Source of the DNA: Halarcobacter sp.
Lineage (GTDB): Bacteria; Campylobacterota; Campylobacteria; Campylobacterales; Arcobacteraceae
Length of the DNA stretch: 64,000 nucleotides
Assembly: GCA_048571215.1 (NCBI GenBank)
Contig: CP182352.1
Span: forward strand, 1,984,001-2,048,000
Direction: 5' to 3'
In this document: piece by piece, positions 52,260 through 61,066 of the stretch
Layout: every line of letters begins with the position of its first letter
Numbering within the stretch: position 1 is the stretch's first letter
Program-made: the position numbers and the translations under genes
The notes under the pieces: model-generated
What the model was told of the DNA's origin: nothing
What the model saw: the letters and a program-made list of their open reading frames with translations, nothing else
Database searches by the model: none

Positions 52260-55200
52260 ATGAAAATAAAATTACAATACTTATCAGTAATAACAGCTTT
52301 AGCTTTATTTACTGGATGTGGAGGTAGTAGCAGTAGCAGTAGTAGTAGTTCATCATCAAGTTCAAAAATCTCAGGATTTGCTATTGATGGATACATTAGT
52401 GATGCAACAGTATGTGCAGATTTAAATAATAATCAAGCTTGTGATACAGATGAACCTTCTACAACAACAAAGGCAGATGGTTCATTTATACTTGAAGGTG
52501 AAAATATTAATGGTGCGACTTTATTGTTAAAAGGTGGTACAGATATAGGTACAGGTTTAGCTTTTGAAGGACAAATGACAGCACCTTCAGGTTCTAAAAC
52601 AATTACTCCACTTACAACAATGATTCAATCATTGGTTTCAAAAGGGAAAAGCCAAACAGATGCAGAAACAATTGTAAAAACTAATTTGGGAATCTCTTCA
52701 GATGTTGATTTAAAAAATTATGATCCTATTAAAGCATTAACATCTAATGGAAAAGATGTAAATGCAAAAAAAGTATTAATAGAACAAACAAAAATTCAAA
52801 TGTTAATTTCAGTAATTAGTAATACAGTAAATGGATTAGTTGATGATGCAGATACAAAAAACTATTTATCTTCTACTTTTGATAGTATTGCTACAAAATT
52901 AGAAAATGCAGAAGACATCACTGACTCTTCTGTTATAGATAGTATGATTGATGATGCTGTAAATGATGCACTATCACAATTAAATCAATCTCAAATAGAT
53001 GAAAAGAAAACAAAACTAAATGGTGTTAAAAATGCAATTAGAACTAAGATTAAAACAGCAATTGATGAAACTGTAAATCAAATTGAAGGACTAAAAGATA
53101 ATTCAATTCTTGATATTGCTAATTCAGGACTTAATATTGTTATTTCACAAATTGCTACAAAATCTAAAATTGCATCTAAAAATGGAGATAGTACTTCATT
53201 AGATAATTTTAAAGTAAAAGAAGAGTTAGATAAAAAATATGTTGAAAAATCTAAAAAATTTATCAATAAACTTGTTGATGTAAAATTTGAAGCGATAAAA
53301 ATACCTCTTACAGATGAGACACAACAAAATATTCAAAATACAAAAGCAATCAATGTTAATGGTAATAAACAAGTAATTGATTTCAAGGTTTTAAGAGCAA
53401 CAGGAGAATTTGATAATGGGGAAATATTTGGTCAAGTAAAAGATTACCAAGACCAACCAATTCAATTTGATGATTCAAGCAATTATATTTGTAATGGTAC
53501 AAATGCAGGAGTTGGTTCAGGACTTGATTTCTCTTCTATTTTACAAAGAAACAATAAATTATATATGGTAAACCAATTTGAATGTAGTATTGGTGCAATG
53601 TATATGTTTGAATTAGAGCAAGATCCAAACACTGGTGTTTTATCTCCGAAAAAAGATACATTACAATATATTTCACAAAAAGATGAGTTTGGTGGATTTA
53701 CACACTGTGCAGGTATGGTTACACCGTGGCAGTCCCATTTAAGTTCTGAAGAGTACGAACCAGATGCTAAAGCTATAGGGGCAAAAAAGGAAAATAAATA
53801 TTATGATGAAGTTAATAAATATTGGGGAGGTGATGCATCTAAAAACAACCCTTATTATTATGGTTGGACTCCAGAAGTAAAAATAACTGACGATGGAAAA
53901 CCTGAATATACTAAACACTACTCAATGGGAAGAATTTCACATGAGTTATCTTATGTTATGCCAGATAGAAAAACTATTTACATGACTGATGATGGGGATA
54001 ATGTTGGTTTGTATATGTATATTGCAGACAAAAAAGAGGATTTAACATCAGGTACATTATATGCAGCAAAATTTACACAAGTTGAAGCATATCAAGGTGG
54101 TAAATTCACATTAGAATGGATTAATCTAGGACATGCAAGTAATAGTGAAATAAAAACTGAACTTAATAAACAACCAAAATTTACTGATATATTTGATGAA
54201 GTTGCATTAAACTCAGATAATACATGTGCTAATGGATACACTTCAATTAACACTTCAAATGGTGCAGAGTGTTTAAAAATCAAACCAGGTATGGAAAAAA
54301 TTGCTTCAAGACTGGAGACAAGAAGATATTCAGCAATTAAAGGTGCAACTACTGAACTTAAAAAAGAGGAAGGTATTGCTTATGACCCTGTACACAATAA
54401 ACTGTATATTGCAATAACTGAAATATCAGGGGGAATGGAAGACAATAAAGTATATGGTGTTGATGATACAAAGTATGATAAAGCGGGTTATAATCATATA
54501 AAACTTCCTGATAATGTATGTGGAGGAGTTTATGCTCTTGATTTAGATAAAGGAACAAATAGTGACTATATAGCACAAAACTTTTATGCTATTTTAACAG
54601 GAGAAACAAAAGATTATGAAGGAACAACATATGCTGGTAACTCTTGTGATGTAGAGAATATAGCAAGTCCAGATAATGTAACATTTATTCCTAATAGTAA
54701 TATACTAATCATAGGTGAAGATACTTCAGCTCATAAAAATAATATGGTTTGGGCATATAATGTAGAAACAGGTATTTTAGATAGAATAATGTCTGTTCCA
54801 ACTGGTGCTGAAGCTACATCTACAGATTGGTATTCAGATATTAATGGATTTTCATATCAAACATTAGTAACTCAACACCCTAAAGTTGGTGCAAAACAAT
54901 CAAGTATTGGTGTATTAGGACCAATAAAAAATTTAGATAAAATTTTAAAATTGGAAAGTAAGCCAATAGATATAAAAGTTCCTGATTATAAAGTAGCTGG
55001 TCCTGGAGATATTGAAGGAGAATTACCACCTTGCTATTCAAATAAAGATGGTTTAGTTTATAAATCAAACTTTGAGTGTAGATCACTTCTTCCTTGGTCA
55101 ACTTATAGTACTGCAAGTGATCAAAACTGGGAAGTTAGATCTCATGGTGGTTCATATTATGCATTTATTAGTGGTTATATAGATAATGAACCTGCCGATG

Positions 55201-57902
55201 ATTGGTTAATCACTCCAAGATTTGATTTAAAAGGGGATGAAATCTTAACATTTAAATCAGCTAAAGGATATTCTGGACCTGATTTAAAACTTCTGATTTC
55301 TGAAGACTATACAGGTTCTGGCGATCCAGAGCTTGCAACATGGACAGAATTAAATGTAACTTGGGCTCCAACAAATAAGGATGGATTTTCTCAATGGACA
55401 AGTTCAGGAGATATTGACTTATCTGCTTATGCAGGGAAAAGTGTATATTTTGCATTTAGACAAGTTGCAGCTGGCACAAATAGTGGAGAGGTTGCAAACT
55501 GGGAAATTGATGACTTCATAGTATCGGGAAGTGGTAGTGTTTATGTACCTCTTTCATCACAAGCAAGTTCAAGTAAAACAGATAATATCACAACTATAAG
55601 TGAATTAACATTTACTCCTGTTGTAACAGGAGGAATATCACCATATAGTTATAGCTGGACATTTGGTGATGGAAGTGATTCAACAGAACAAAATCCAAAA
55701 CACACATTTAAAACTGCAGGAGATTATACTGTTACATTAAAGGTTACAGATAAAAATAATTCAACTACTACTTCTAATATTCAAGTAAGTGTTGCCCAAC
55801 CAATAGATGAGAAAGTTCCAGAGAAAATTGGAGATTTAAGAATTGCAACATTTAATTCATATCTAAATAGACCAAGCCTTGGAGAACTTAAAGCAGAAAT
55901 AGATGCTGGTACAAATCAACAAATTAAAAATGTTGCAGAGATAATCCAAAGAGTAAATCCAGATATCTTAGTTCTTCAAGAGTTTGATTACAATGGTACA
56001 GAACAAGTAGATACTTTCATAAAAAACTATTTAGAAGTTCCTCAAAAAACAGATACAAAAGGGATTAGTTTCCCTTATTATTACACATCAACTGTAAACA
56101 CAGGTATTCAACCAGATACTCCAGTTGATTTTAATAATGATGGAACTTTTGGTGGTCCAGCTGATGCCTTTGGTTTTGGTAAATTTGAAGGGCAATATGG
56201 AATGGTAGTATTCTCAAAATATCCAATTGACACAACTAAAATAAGAACTTTCCAAAAATTCTTATGGAAAGATATGCCAAATGCTTATATCCCGAAAAAT
56301 ACTGATGGCAGTGATTTTTTTAATACAGATGAATTAAATATTTTTAGATTATCATCTAAAAGTCACTGGGACATTCCAGTAAATATAAATGGTACGGTTA
56401 TTGATGTCTTGACTTCACATCCAACACCTCCTATTAATGATGATGGAGATACAGATGGACCAAATAATGATCAATTAAATCAAGTAATTGATTGGAATGG
56501 AAAAAGAAACTACGATGAGATAAGATTATGGGCTGATTATATAGAAAATAAGGCTGATTATTTATATGATGATAATAATGTAAAAGGTGGATTAAAAGAT
56601 AATACTAGATTTGTTATACTAGGTGATCAAAATTCAGATGTAGATGAGGGTGATTCATTTAAAGCTTCAGTTTCACAAATACTTTCTAGTAATAAAGTAT
56701 TACCAACTACACCTTCAAGCCAAGGAGCTGTTGATGATGGATTAGATGCTGATGATACAGCTAGCTGGGGATTAAGAGCAGATTATGTTTTACCATCTGC
56801 TTATGGATTTAAAATAAATCAATCAGGTGTTTATTGGCCAAGAAAAAATGATATTAAACATCCTCTAATAGAAAAAACTGGAAGTTTTGAAAACTCTTCA
56901 GATCATAGACTTGTATGGACAGATTTAAGTTTTGTTGATGGTAATGTTTCTAATAATCCTGTTAAAACATTAGAAGAAACATTTAATGGTTCATTGGGTG
57001 ATTGGACTGGAATTAGTTTGACAAGTAATAAAAATTGGGAAAGCTCTTCTCATAATGGAGTTACTTATGCTAAAATGAATGGATATGGTGGAGATGTTGC
57101 TTCTAATGACTGGTTAATCTCTCCAAAAATCAACTTCACTGGTAAACAAGTTTTATCATTTGATACAGCTACTAAATTTAGTGGTTCTGAATTTAAAATT
57201 AAAATCTCTACTGATTTTGATGGGACAAATGCTGATACTGCAACTTGGACTGAGTTAAGTGCTACTTTATCTCCATCTACAGGAAACTATGAGTGGACTA
57301 ATTCTGGTGATATTGATTTAAGTACTTACAGTGGTGAAGGTTATATTGCTTTTCAATATACTTCGACTGGAACTGCAAGTGGAGAAGCTGCTACTTGGGA
57401 AGTTACTAATGTAAAATTAACAGAAGTGTTACCAACAACAATAAGTCAATCATTTGATGGTTCATTGGGTGATTGGACTGGAATTAGTTTGACAAGTAAT
57501 AAAAACTGGGAAAGCTCTTCTCATAATGGAGTTACTTATGCTAAAATGAATGGATATGGTGGAGATGTTGCTTCTAATGACTGGTTAATCTCTCCAAAAA
57601 TCAACTTTACTGGTAAACAAGTTTTATCATTTGATACAGCTACTAAATTTAGTGGTTCTGAATTTAAAATTAAAATCTCTACTGATTTTGATGGGACAAA
57701 TGTTGATACTGCAACTTGGACTGAGTTAAGTGCTACTTTATCTCCATCTACAGGGAACTATGAGTGGACTAATTCTGGTGATATTGATTTAAGTACTTAC
57801 AGTGGTGAAGGTTATATTGCTTTTCAATATACTTCAACTGGAACTGTAAGTGGGGAAGCTGCTACTTGGGAAGTCACTAATGTTATCTTAAAAAAAAAAT
57901 AG
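52260..57902 (+). CDS. multidomain surface lipoprotein: PhoX-type alkaline phosphatase + DUF5017/choice-of-anchor-J-like modules + PKD + endonuclease/exonuclease/phosphatase (EEP) domain
   Basis: Lipobox FTGC + poly-Ser; PhoX motifs HCAG..TPW..HLSSEE, MGR.SHE, SPDN, QHP; PKD WTFGDG; EEP motifs ATFN, QE, SHPTPP, GDQN, DYVLPS, SDH; three 'DWLI(S/T)P' modules. Confidence 0.85.
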   Translation: MKIKLQYLSVITALALFTGCGGSSSSSSSSSSSSSKISGFAIDGYISDATVCADLNNNQACDTDEPSTTTKADGSFILEGENINGATLLLKGGTDIGTGLAFEGQMTAPSGSKTITPLTTMIQSLVSKGKSQTDAETIVKTNLGISSDVDLKNYDPIKALTSNGKDVNAKKVLIEQTKIQMLISVISNTVNGLVDDADTKNYLSSTFDSIATKLENAEDITDSSVIDSMIDDAVNDALSQLNQSQIDEKKTKLNGVKNAIRTKIKTAIDETVNQIEGLKDNSILDIANSGLNIVISQIATKSKIASKNGDSTSLDNFKVKEELDKKYVEKSKKFINKLVDVKFEAIKIPLTDETQQNIQNTKAINVNGNKQVIDFKVLRATGEFDNGEIFGQVKDYQDQPIQFDDSSNYICNGTNAGVGSGLDFSSILQRNNKLYMVNQFECSIGAMYMFELEQDPNTGVLSPKKDTLQYISQKDEFGGFTHCAGMVTPWQSHLSSEEYEPDAKAIGAKKENKYYDEVNKYWGGDASKNNPYYYGWTPEVKITDDGKPEYTKHYSMGRISHELSYVMPDRKTIYMTDDGDNVGLYMYIADKKEDLTSGTLYAAKFTQVEAYQGGKFTLEWINLGHASNSEIKTELNKQPKFTDIFDEVALNSDNTCANGYTSINTSNGAECLKIKPGMEKIASRLETRRYSAIKGATTELKKEEGIAYDPVHNKLYIAITEISGGMEDNKVYGVDDTKYDKAGYNHIKLPDNVCGGVYALDLDKGTNSDYIAQNFYAILTGETKDYEGTTYAGNSCDVENIASPDNVTFIPNSNILIIGEDTSAHKNNMVWAYNVETGILDRIMSVPTGAEATSTDWYSDINGFSYQTLVTQHPKVGAKQSSIGVLGPIKNLDKILKLESKPIDIKVPDYKVAGPGDIEGELPPCYSNKDGLVYKSNFECRSLLPWSTYSTASDQNWEVRSHGGSYYAFISGYIDNEPADDWLITPRFDLKGDEILTFKSAKGYSGPDLKLLISEDYTGSGDPELATWTELNVTWAPTNKDGFSQWTSSGDIDLSAYAGKSVYFAFRQVAAGTNSGEVANWEIDDFIVSGSGSVYVPLSSQASSSKTDNITTISELTFTPVVTGGISPYSYSWTFGDGSDSTEQNPKHTFKTAGDYTVTLKVTDKNNSTTTSNIQVSVAQPIDEKVPEKIGDLRIATFNSYLNRPSLGELKAEIDAGTNQQIKNVAEIIQRVNPDILVLQEFDYNGTEQVDTFIKNYLEVPQKTDTKGISFPYYYTSTVNTGIQPDTPVDFNNDGTFGGPADAFGFGKFEGQYGMVVFSKYPIDTTKIRTFQKFLWKDMPNAYIPKNTDGSDFFNTDELNIFRLSSKSHWDIPVNINGTVIDVLTSHPTPPINDDGDTDGPNNDQLNQVIDWNGKRNYDEIRLWADYIENKADYLYDDNNVKGGLKDNTRFVILGDQNSDVDEGDSFKASVSQILSSNKVLPTTPSSQGAVDDGLDADDTASWGLRADYVLPSAYGFKINQSGVYWPRKNDIKHPLIEKTGSFENSSDHRLVWTDLSFVDGNVSNNPVKTLEETFNGSLGDWTGISLTSNKNWESSSHNGVTYAKMNGYGGDVASNDWLISPKINFTGKQVLSFDTATKFSGSEFKIKISTDFDGTNADTATWTELSATLSPSTGNYEWTNSGDIDLSTYSGEGYIAFQYTSTGTASGEAATWEVTNVKLTEVLPTTISQSFDGSLGDWTGISLTSNKNWESSSHNGVTYAKMNGYGGDVASNDWLISPKINFTGKQVLSFDTATKFSGSEFKIKISTDFDGTNVDTATWTELSATLSPSTGNYEWTNSGDIDLSTYSGEGYIAFQYTSTGTVSGEAATWEVTNVILKKK
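56980..57883 (+). repeat. intragenic tandem duplication, two 433-bp copies (56980-57412, 57451-57883), period 471 bp
   Basis: Manual comparison gives about 9 substitutions over 433 bp. Confidence 0.95.
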
Positions 57903-58627
57903 TTGACGGTTCTAATAATCCTAGTAGTGTTGAAGAGTATTACTCTTCAGCCCTAGGCTTATCTGGAAATGCACTAAAAGATGCCTTACATACAATTATA
58001 AAAACGAATCATAATACTCTTACATACGCTGAAGCATATGTGTTATTAGAAGAATTAGATGCTGACCCAAATAATTCAAATAATGTTCTACTTTTATATA
58101 CAAATAGATCTCAAAATGCAACTAGCACAAAATGTAATGTAACAAATAATGGTGATTGTTGGAATAGAGAACATACTTGGCCTAAATCTTTAGGAGTTGG
58201 ATATATAAGTACTAAAAGTGCATATACAGACTTACACAACTTAAGAGCAAGTGATTCTTCTGTAAATAGTTCTAGGAGTAATAAAATATTTGGAAATGTG
58301 AAAGATATCGGTGGTAGTGAAAATAATGAAGCAAAAGGTAATTATTCTAACTCAACAACTTGGGAGCCAAGAGATGATATAAAAGGTGACATAGCAAGAA
58401 TATCTTTTTATATGGCAACAAGATATGAAGGAATTGATTCTGAAACTGATTTAGAATTTAACACAATAGGTGATGTATGTACACTTTTAACTTGGGATAC
58501 TCAAGATCCAGTTAACCAAGAAGAAAAAAAGAGAAATGACTTAGTTTATAAATATCAAAAAAATAGAAACCCTTTTGTGGATAATGAAACCTATTCCCAA
58601 AGTATATGGGGAAATCAATGTAATTAA
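57899..58627 (+). CDS. endonuclease I / Bsn-like nuclease domain, frameshifted continuation of the 52260 lipoprotein
   Basis: Open frame from the A10 tract: IVDGSNNP..YYSSALGLSGNALKDALHTII..., NREHTWPKS, DLHNL, WEPRD..KGDIAR, NRNPFVD; no own signal peptide or clear RBS. Confidence 0.8.
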   Translation: MVDGSNNPSSVEEYYSSALGLSGNALKDALHTIIKTNHNTLTYAEAYVLLEELDADPNNSNNVLLLYTNRSQNATSTKCNVTNNGDCWNREHTWPKSLGVGYISTKSAYTDLHNLRASDSSVNSSRSNKIFGNVKDIGGSENNEAKGNYSNSTTWEPRDDIKGDIARISFYMATRYEGIDSETDLEFNTIGDVCTLLTWDTQDPVNQEEKKRNDLVYKYQKNRNPFVDNETYSQSIWGNQCN

Positions 58628-58649
58628 ATACCCTTTTTGGGTATTTAAT
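58623..58649 (+). terminator. hairpin, probable terminator
   Basis: ATTAAATACCC-TTTTT-GGGTATTTAAT perfect 11-bp stem at the nuclease stop codon. Confidence 0.7.
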
Positions 58650-58820
58650 ATCTCTTAAAATCAACATACTATCTTATAAAAACACTAATCTAATATAATT
58701 AGTGCCATTTCAAAAAATTATACATATTAATAAATTTAAATTAAAAAGCTTTTATTAATCAAAAATTATCAAAAAAAATGTTCACTTAAGTTATAATAAT
58801 AAATTAAAGGATATATAAAT

Positions 58821-59087
58821 ATGACAGAAATAAAAGAAAAATTAAAAAACTTTGTAATAGCTACTATGATCCCAGAAGTTGAGGCTTATTTAGATGATCT
58901 ACATACACTATTAGAAGAGAATAAAGCAAGTGACGATGATATGGATGCAATAAGAGAGATGGAATCTTTTTTAGTAGAGTTGCAAAATATTGTTTTGGCT
59001 GTAGATGAAGATAAAATAGATGATCAACAGGCAAGTGAGATTTATGGGAATATTATGAAGATGGTAGAGGAGCATAAAGAGCATTAG
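58821..59087 (+). CDS. small acidic hypothetical protein
   Basis: 88-aa helical ORF with AAGGA RBS and upstream TATAAT. Confidence 0.75.
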   Translation: MTEIKEKLKNFVIATMIPEVEAYLDDLHTLLEENKASDDDMDAIREMESFLVELQNIVLAVDEDKIDDQQASEIYGNIMKMVEEHKEH

Positions 59088-59167
59088 TTTTTTGGAAAAA
59101 ACTATATTAAAACTTTTTTGAATTAAATTAGATTAGAGATAGTTTTTGCTGTATGCAATTGTCTTGT

Positions 59168-59381
59168 AGAAGAAAGTTCTCCGCTTTCTTCTTTTTTAGT
59201 TGTAAAAAAGAAGCAAAAAAGCAACCAGACGGTTGTTGAAGCTAAAGTTCCCTCCCACTTCACTTTTTAAAGCTAGCCTGCAAAACTCAGAAAAAAAGTG
59301 AGTTAGTCACTTTTCTTTCTTCAAACAGTTTCGGCTTTTTCCACTTCAAAAAGCAAAGCACTCGGCTTCAACAAAGTCTGG
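59168..59381 (-). other. highly structured non-coding element (ncRNA or MITE/REP-like repeat)
   Basis: Nested inverted repeats forming a ~157-nt rod (59225-59381) plus two overlapping hairpins at 59168-59213; strand inferred from G-U pairs. Confidence 0.55.
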
Positions 59382-59408
59382 ACTAAATACACTAGCCTTA
59401 AAAATTCA

Positions 59409-60476
59409 TTACCAAATATCAACTGTTTTATAATCGAAGAATAATAACTTTCTTCCATTTTCATTTAATTTTTCTTTTATATGTTCATATTCACTTATTT
59501 TACTTAAATCACTTACTCCCAAATATACTTCTGGATTTTTTTTATTAGTAGTTCCTTGATATTTAATATTATTTGTCAAGATTGCATTTAAAATATGATC
59601 ATCATTTGCTTTTAATCCTGTACCAAAAATTATCAAAACCCCTTCTATAGTTTTAAATTTTTTATAACAATTATTTAAATATGAATTGTGAATTATTTTT
59701 GCTAATTTTTGTTCACTTGTTCCCTCTGAAATAAAAATTGGATACTTCTCACTTTTTAAATTTATTAAAGTTTGTTCACGCAAAGTTAATTTTTCTTCTT
59801 TATCATATACATTTTTAATTATTTGATATTTATCATCAAAAATATGTAATGCTCCATGTAAATAAAATATTTTTTGATTAAAAAATGAATAATTTGAATC
59901 TTGCCATTTTACAATCCCTTCTCCAACAGCATCAAGAGGACTAAATCCATCATTTTCATTTAAATGACAATCTAAATCCATACTATAATTGTCTTTTCTT
60001 TCTTTAAGATGCATAATTGTCCAATATAATAATAAATCATAATTCAACGTATATATTTCTTCAAAATGTCTAATAAAATTATCAATTGTTCTATCATATT
60101 TACAATCAGCTATAATACTTGCATTTGAAGGATGATTATTTGTAATAATATCTACAAGATATTCTTTTAAATCATCAGTATGTTTTTTCATTTTATCTAT
60201 AACTGTTTTTTCAACACTATAAACTTCATTTATTTTTGCAGAAGACTCAATAGTTTTAATGATTACTTCAAAATCAGAGGTTTCAAATTTTTCAAAGATT
60301 TTGTGTATTTCACTATCTTTCTCAATTATACCTTCTCTAACAGCACTTTTATACAAACTTGTAAAAGAAAATCTCTTAGAGTCATAAGCCATACTAAAAC
60401 CATTACCAAGTAATAAGTTTCTTTTTTTAGTTTTAGTCATATTTAATACTTCTTCAAATGTAAATAAATTGTCCAT
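59409..60476 (-). CDS. DUF4917 family SIR2-like domain protein
   Basis: LLLGNGFS, YTLNYDLLLYW, DGF, YLHGALH, P.FISEG....K, D.HI motifs. Confidence 0.8.
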   Translation of the reverse strand: MDNLFTFEEVLNMTKTKKRNLLLGNGFSMAYDSKRFSFTSLYKSAVREGIIEKDSEIHKIFEKFETSDFEVIIKTIESSAKINEVYSVEKTVIDKMKKHTDDLKEYLVDIITNNHPSNASIIADCKYDRTIDNFIRHFEEIYTLNYDLLLYWTIMHLKERKDNYSMDLDCHLNENDGFSPLDAVGEGIVKWQDSNYSFFNQKIFYLHGALHIFDDKYQIIKNVYDKEEKLTLREQTLINLKSEKYPIFISEGTSEQKLAKIIHNSYLNNCYKKFKTIEGVLIIFGTGLKANDDHILNAILTNNIKYQGTTNKKNPEVYLGVSDLSKISEYEHIKEKLNENGRKLLFFDYKTVDIW

Positions 60477-60557
60477 ATTATTCCCTATATATAAAATAAT
60501 TAATTATACAGAAATGACTTCACAATTTGCGTCACAAAATATTTTAAAAAGTATTAA

Positions 60558-61049
60558 TTAAACAAAATACCTATCAGAACTCTCACAAAGCTTTTCATAT
60601 AACTTTGTAAAATCCACAGGATAAACCCTTGTATCCCCAACAGTAGTGATAAAATTAGTATCCCCTAACCATCTAGGAACTATATGATAATGTACATGCT
60701 CTGCTATTCCTGCACCTGCTGCTTTACTTAGATTCATTCCTAGGTTTACACCTTCAGCGTTTAAAACCTCTTTTACCATTTTAGTAGCTTGTTTTACCCT
60801 TAGACTCATCTCTAGCCATACTTCATCTTCTAACTCTTCAATTTTATCTGTGTGAAAATTTGGTATTACCATCATATGACCTGGGCTATATGGGTATTTA
60901 TTCATAACTACATAGCAGTTTTTATCTCTAAAAACAACTCCTAGTTTTTTATCATCTTGAGGATTTTGATGTATATGACAAAAAACACACCCTTTTATTT
61001 TTTCTTCTGTAACATAATCAAATCGCCAAGGGGCATATAATCTTTCCAT
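60558..61049 (-). CDS. HIT family hydrolase
   Basis: LYAPWR, CVFC, NKYPY..GH, HVHYHIVPRW. Confidence 0.93.
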   Translation of the reverse strand: MERLYAPWRFDYVTEEKIKGCVFCHIHQNPQDDKKLGVVFRDKNCYVVMNKYPYSPGHMMVIPNFHTDKIEELEDEVWLEMSLRVKQATKMVKEVLNAEGVNLGMNLSKAAGAGIAEHVHYHIVPRWLGDTNFITTVGDTRVYPVDFTKLYEKLCESSDRYFV

Positions 61050-61066
61050 TATTTCTCTCCTAAAGC

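Noticed and set aside
52324..52364. AGT/AGC/TCA microsatellite
   Set aside because: In-frame poly-Ser linker after a lipobox, common in lipoproteins
58040..58627. Nuclease as an independent 195-aa gene from GTG 58040
   Set aside because: Homologous-looking sequence extends ~47 codons upstream to the A-tract; no RBS or signal peptide at 58040
59168..59381. Retron msr-msd, CRISPR or IS identity for the structured element
   Set aside because: No reverse transcriptase, cas or transposase gene in the window, no repeat-spacer pattern and no target-site duplication recognised
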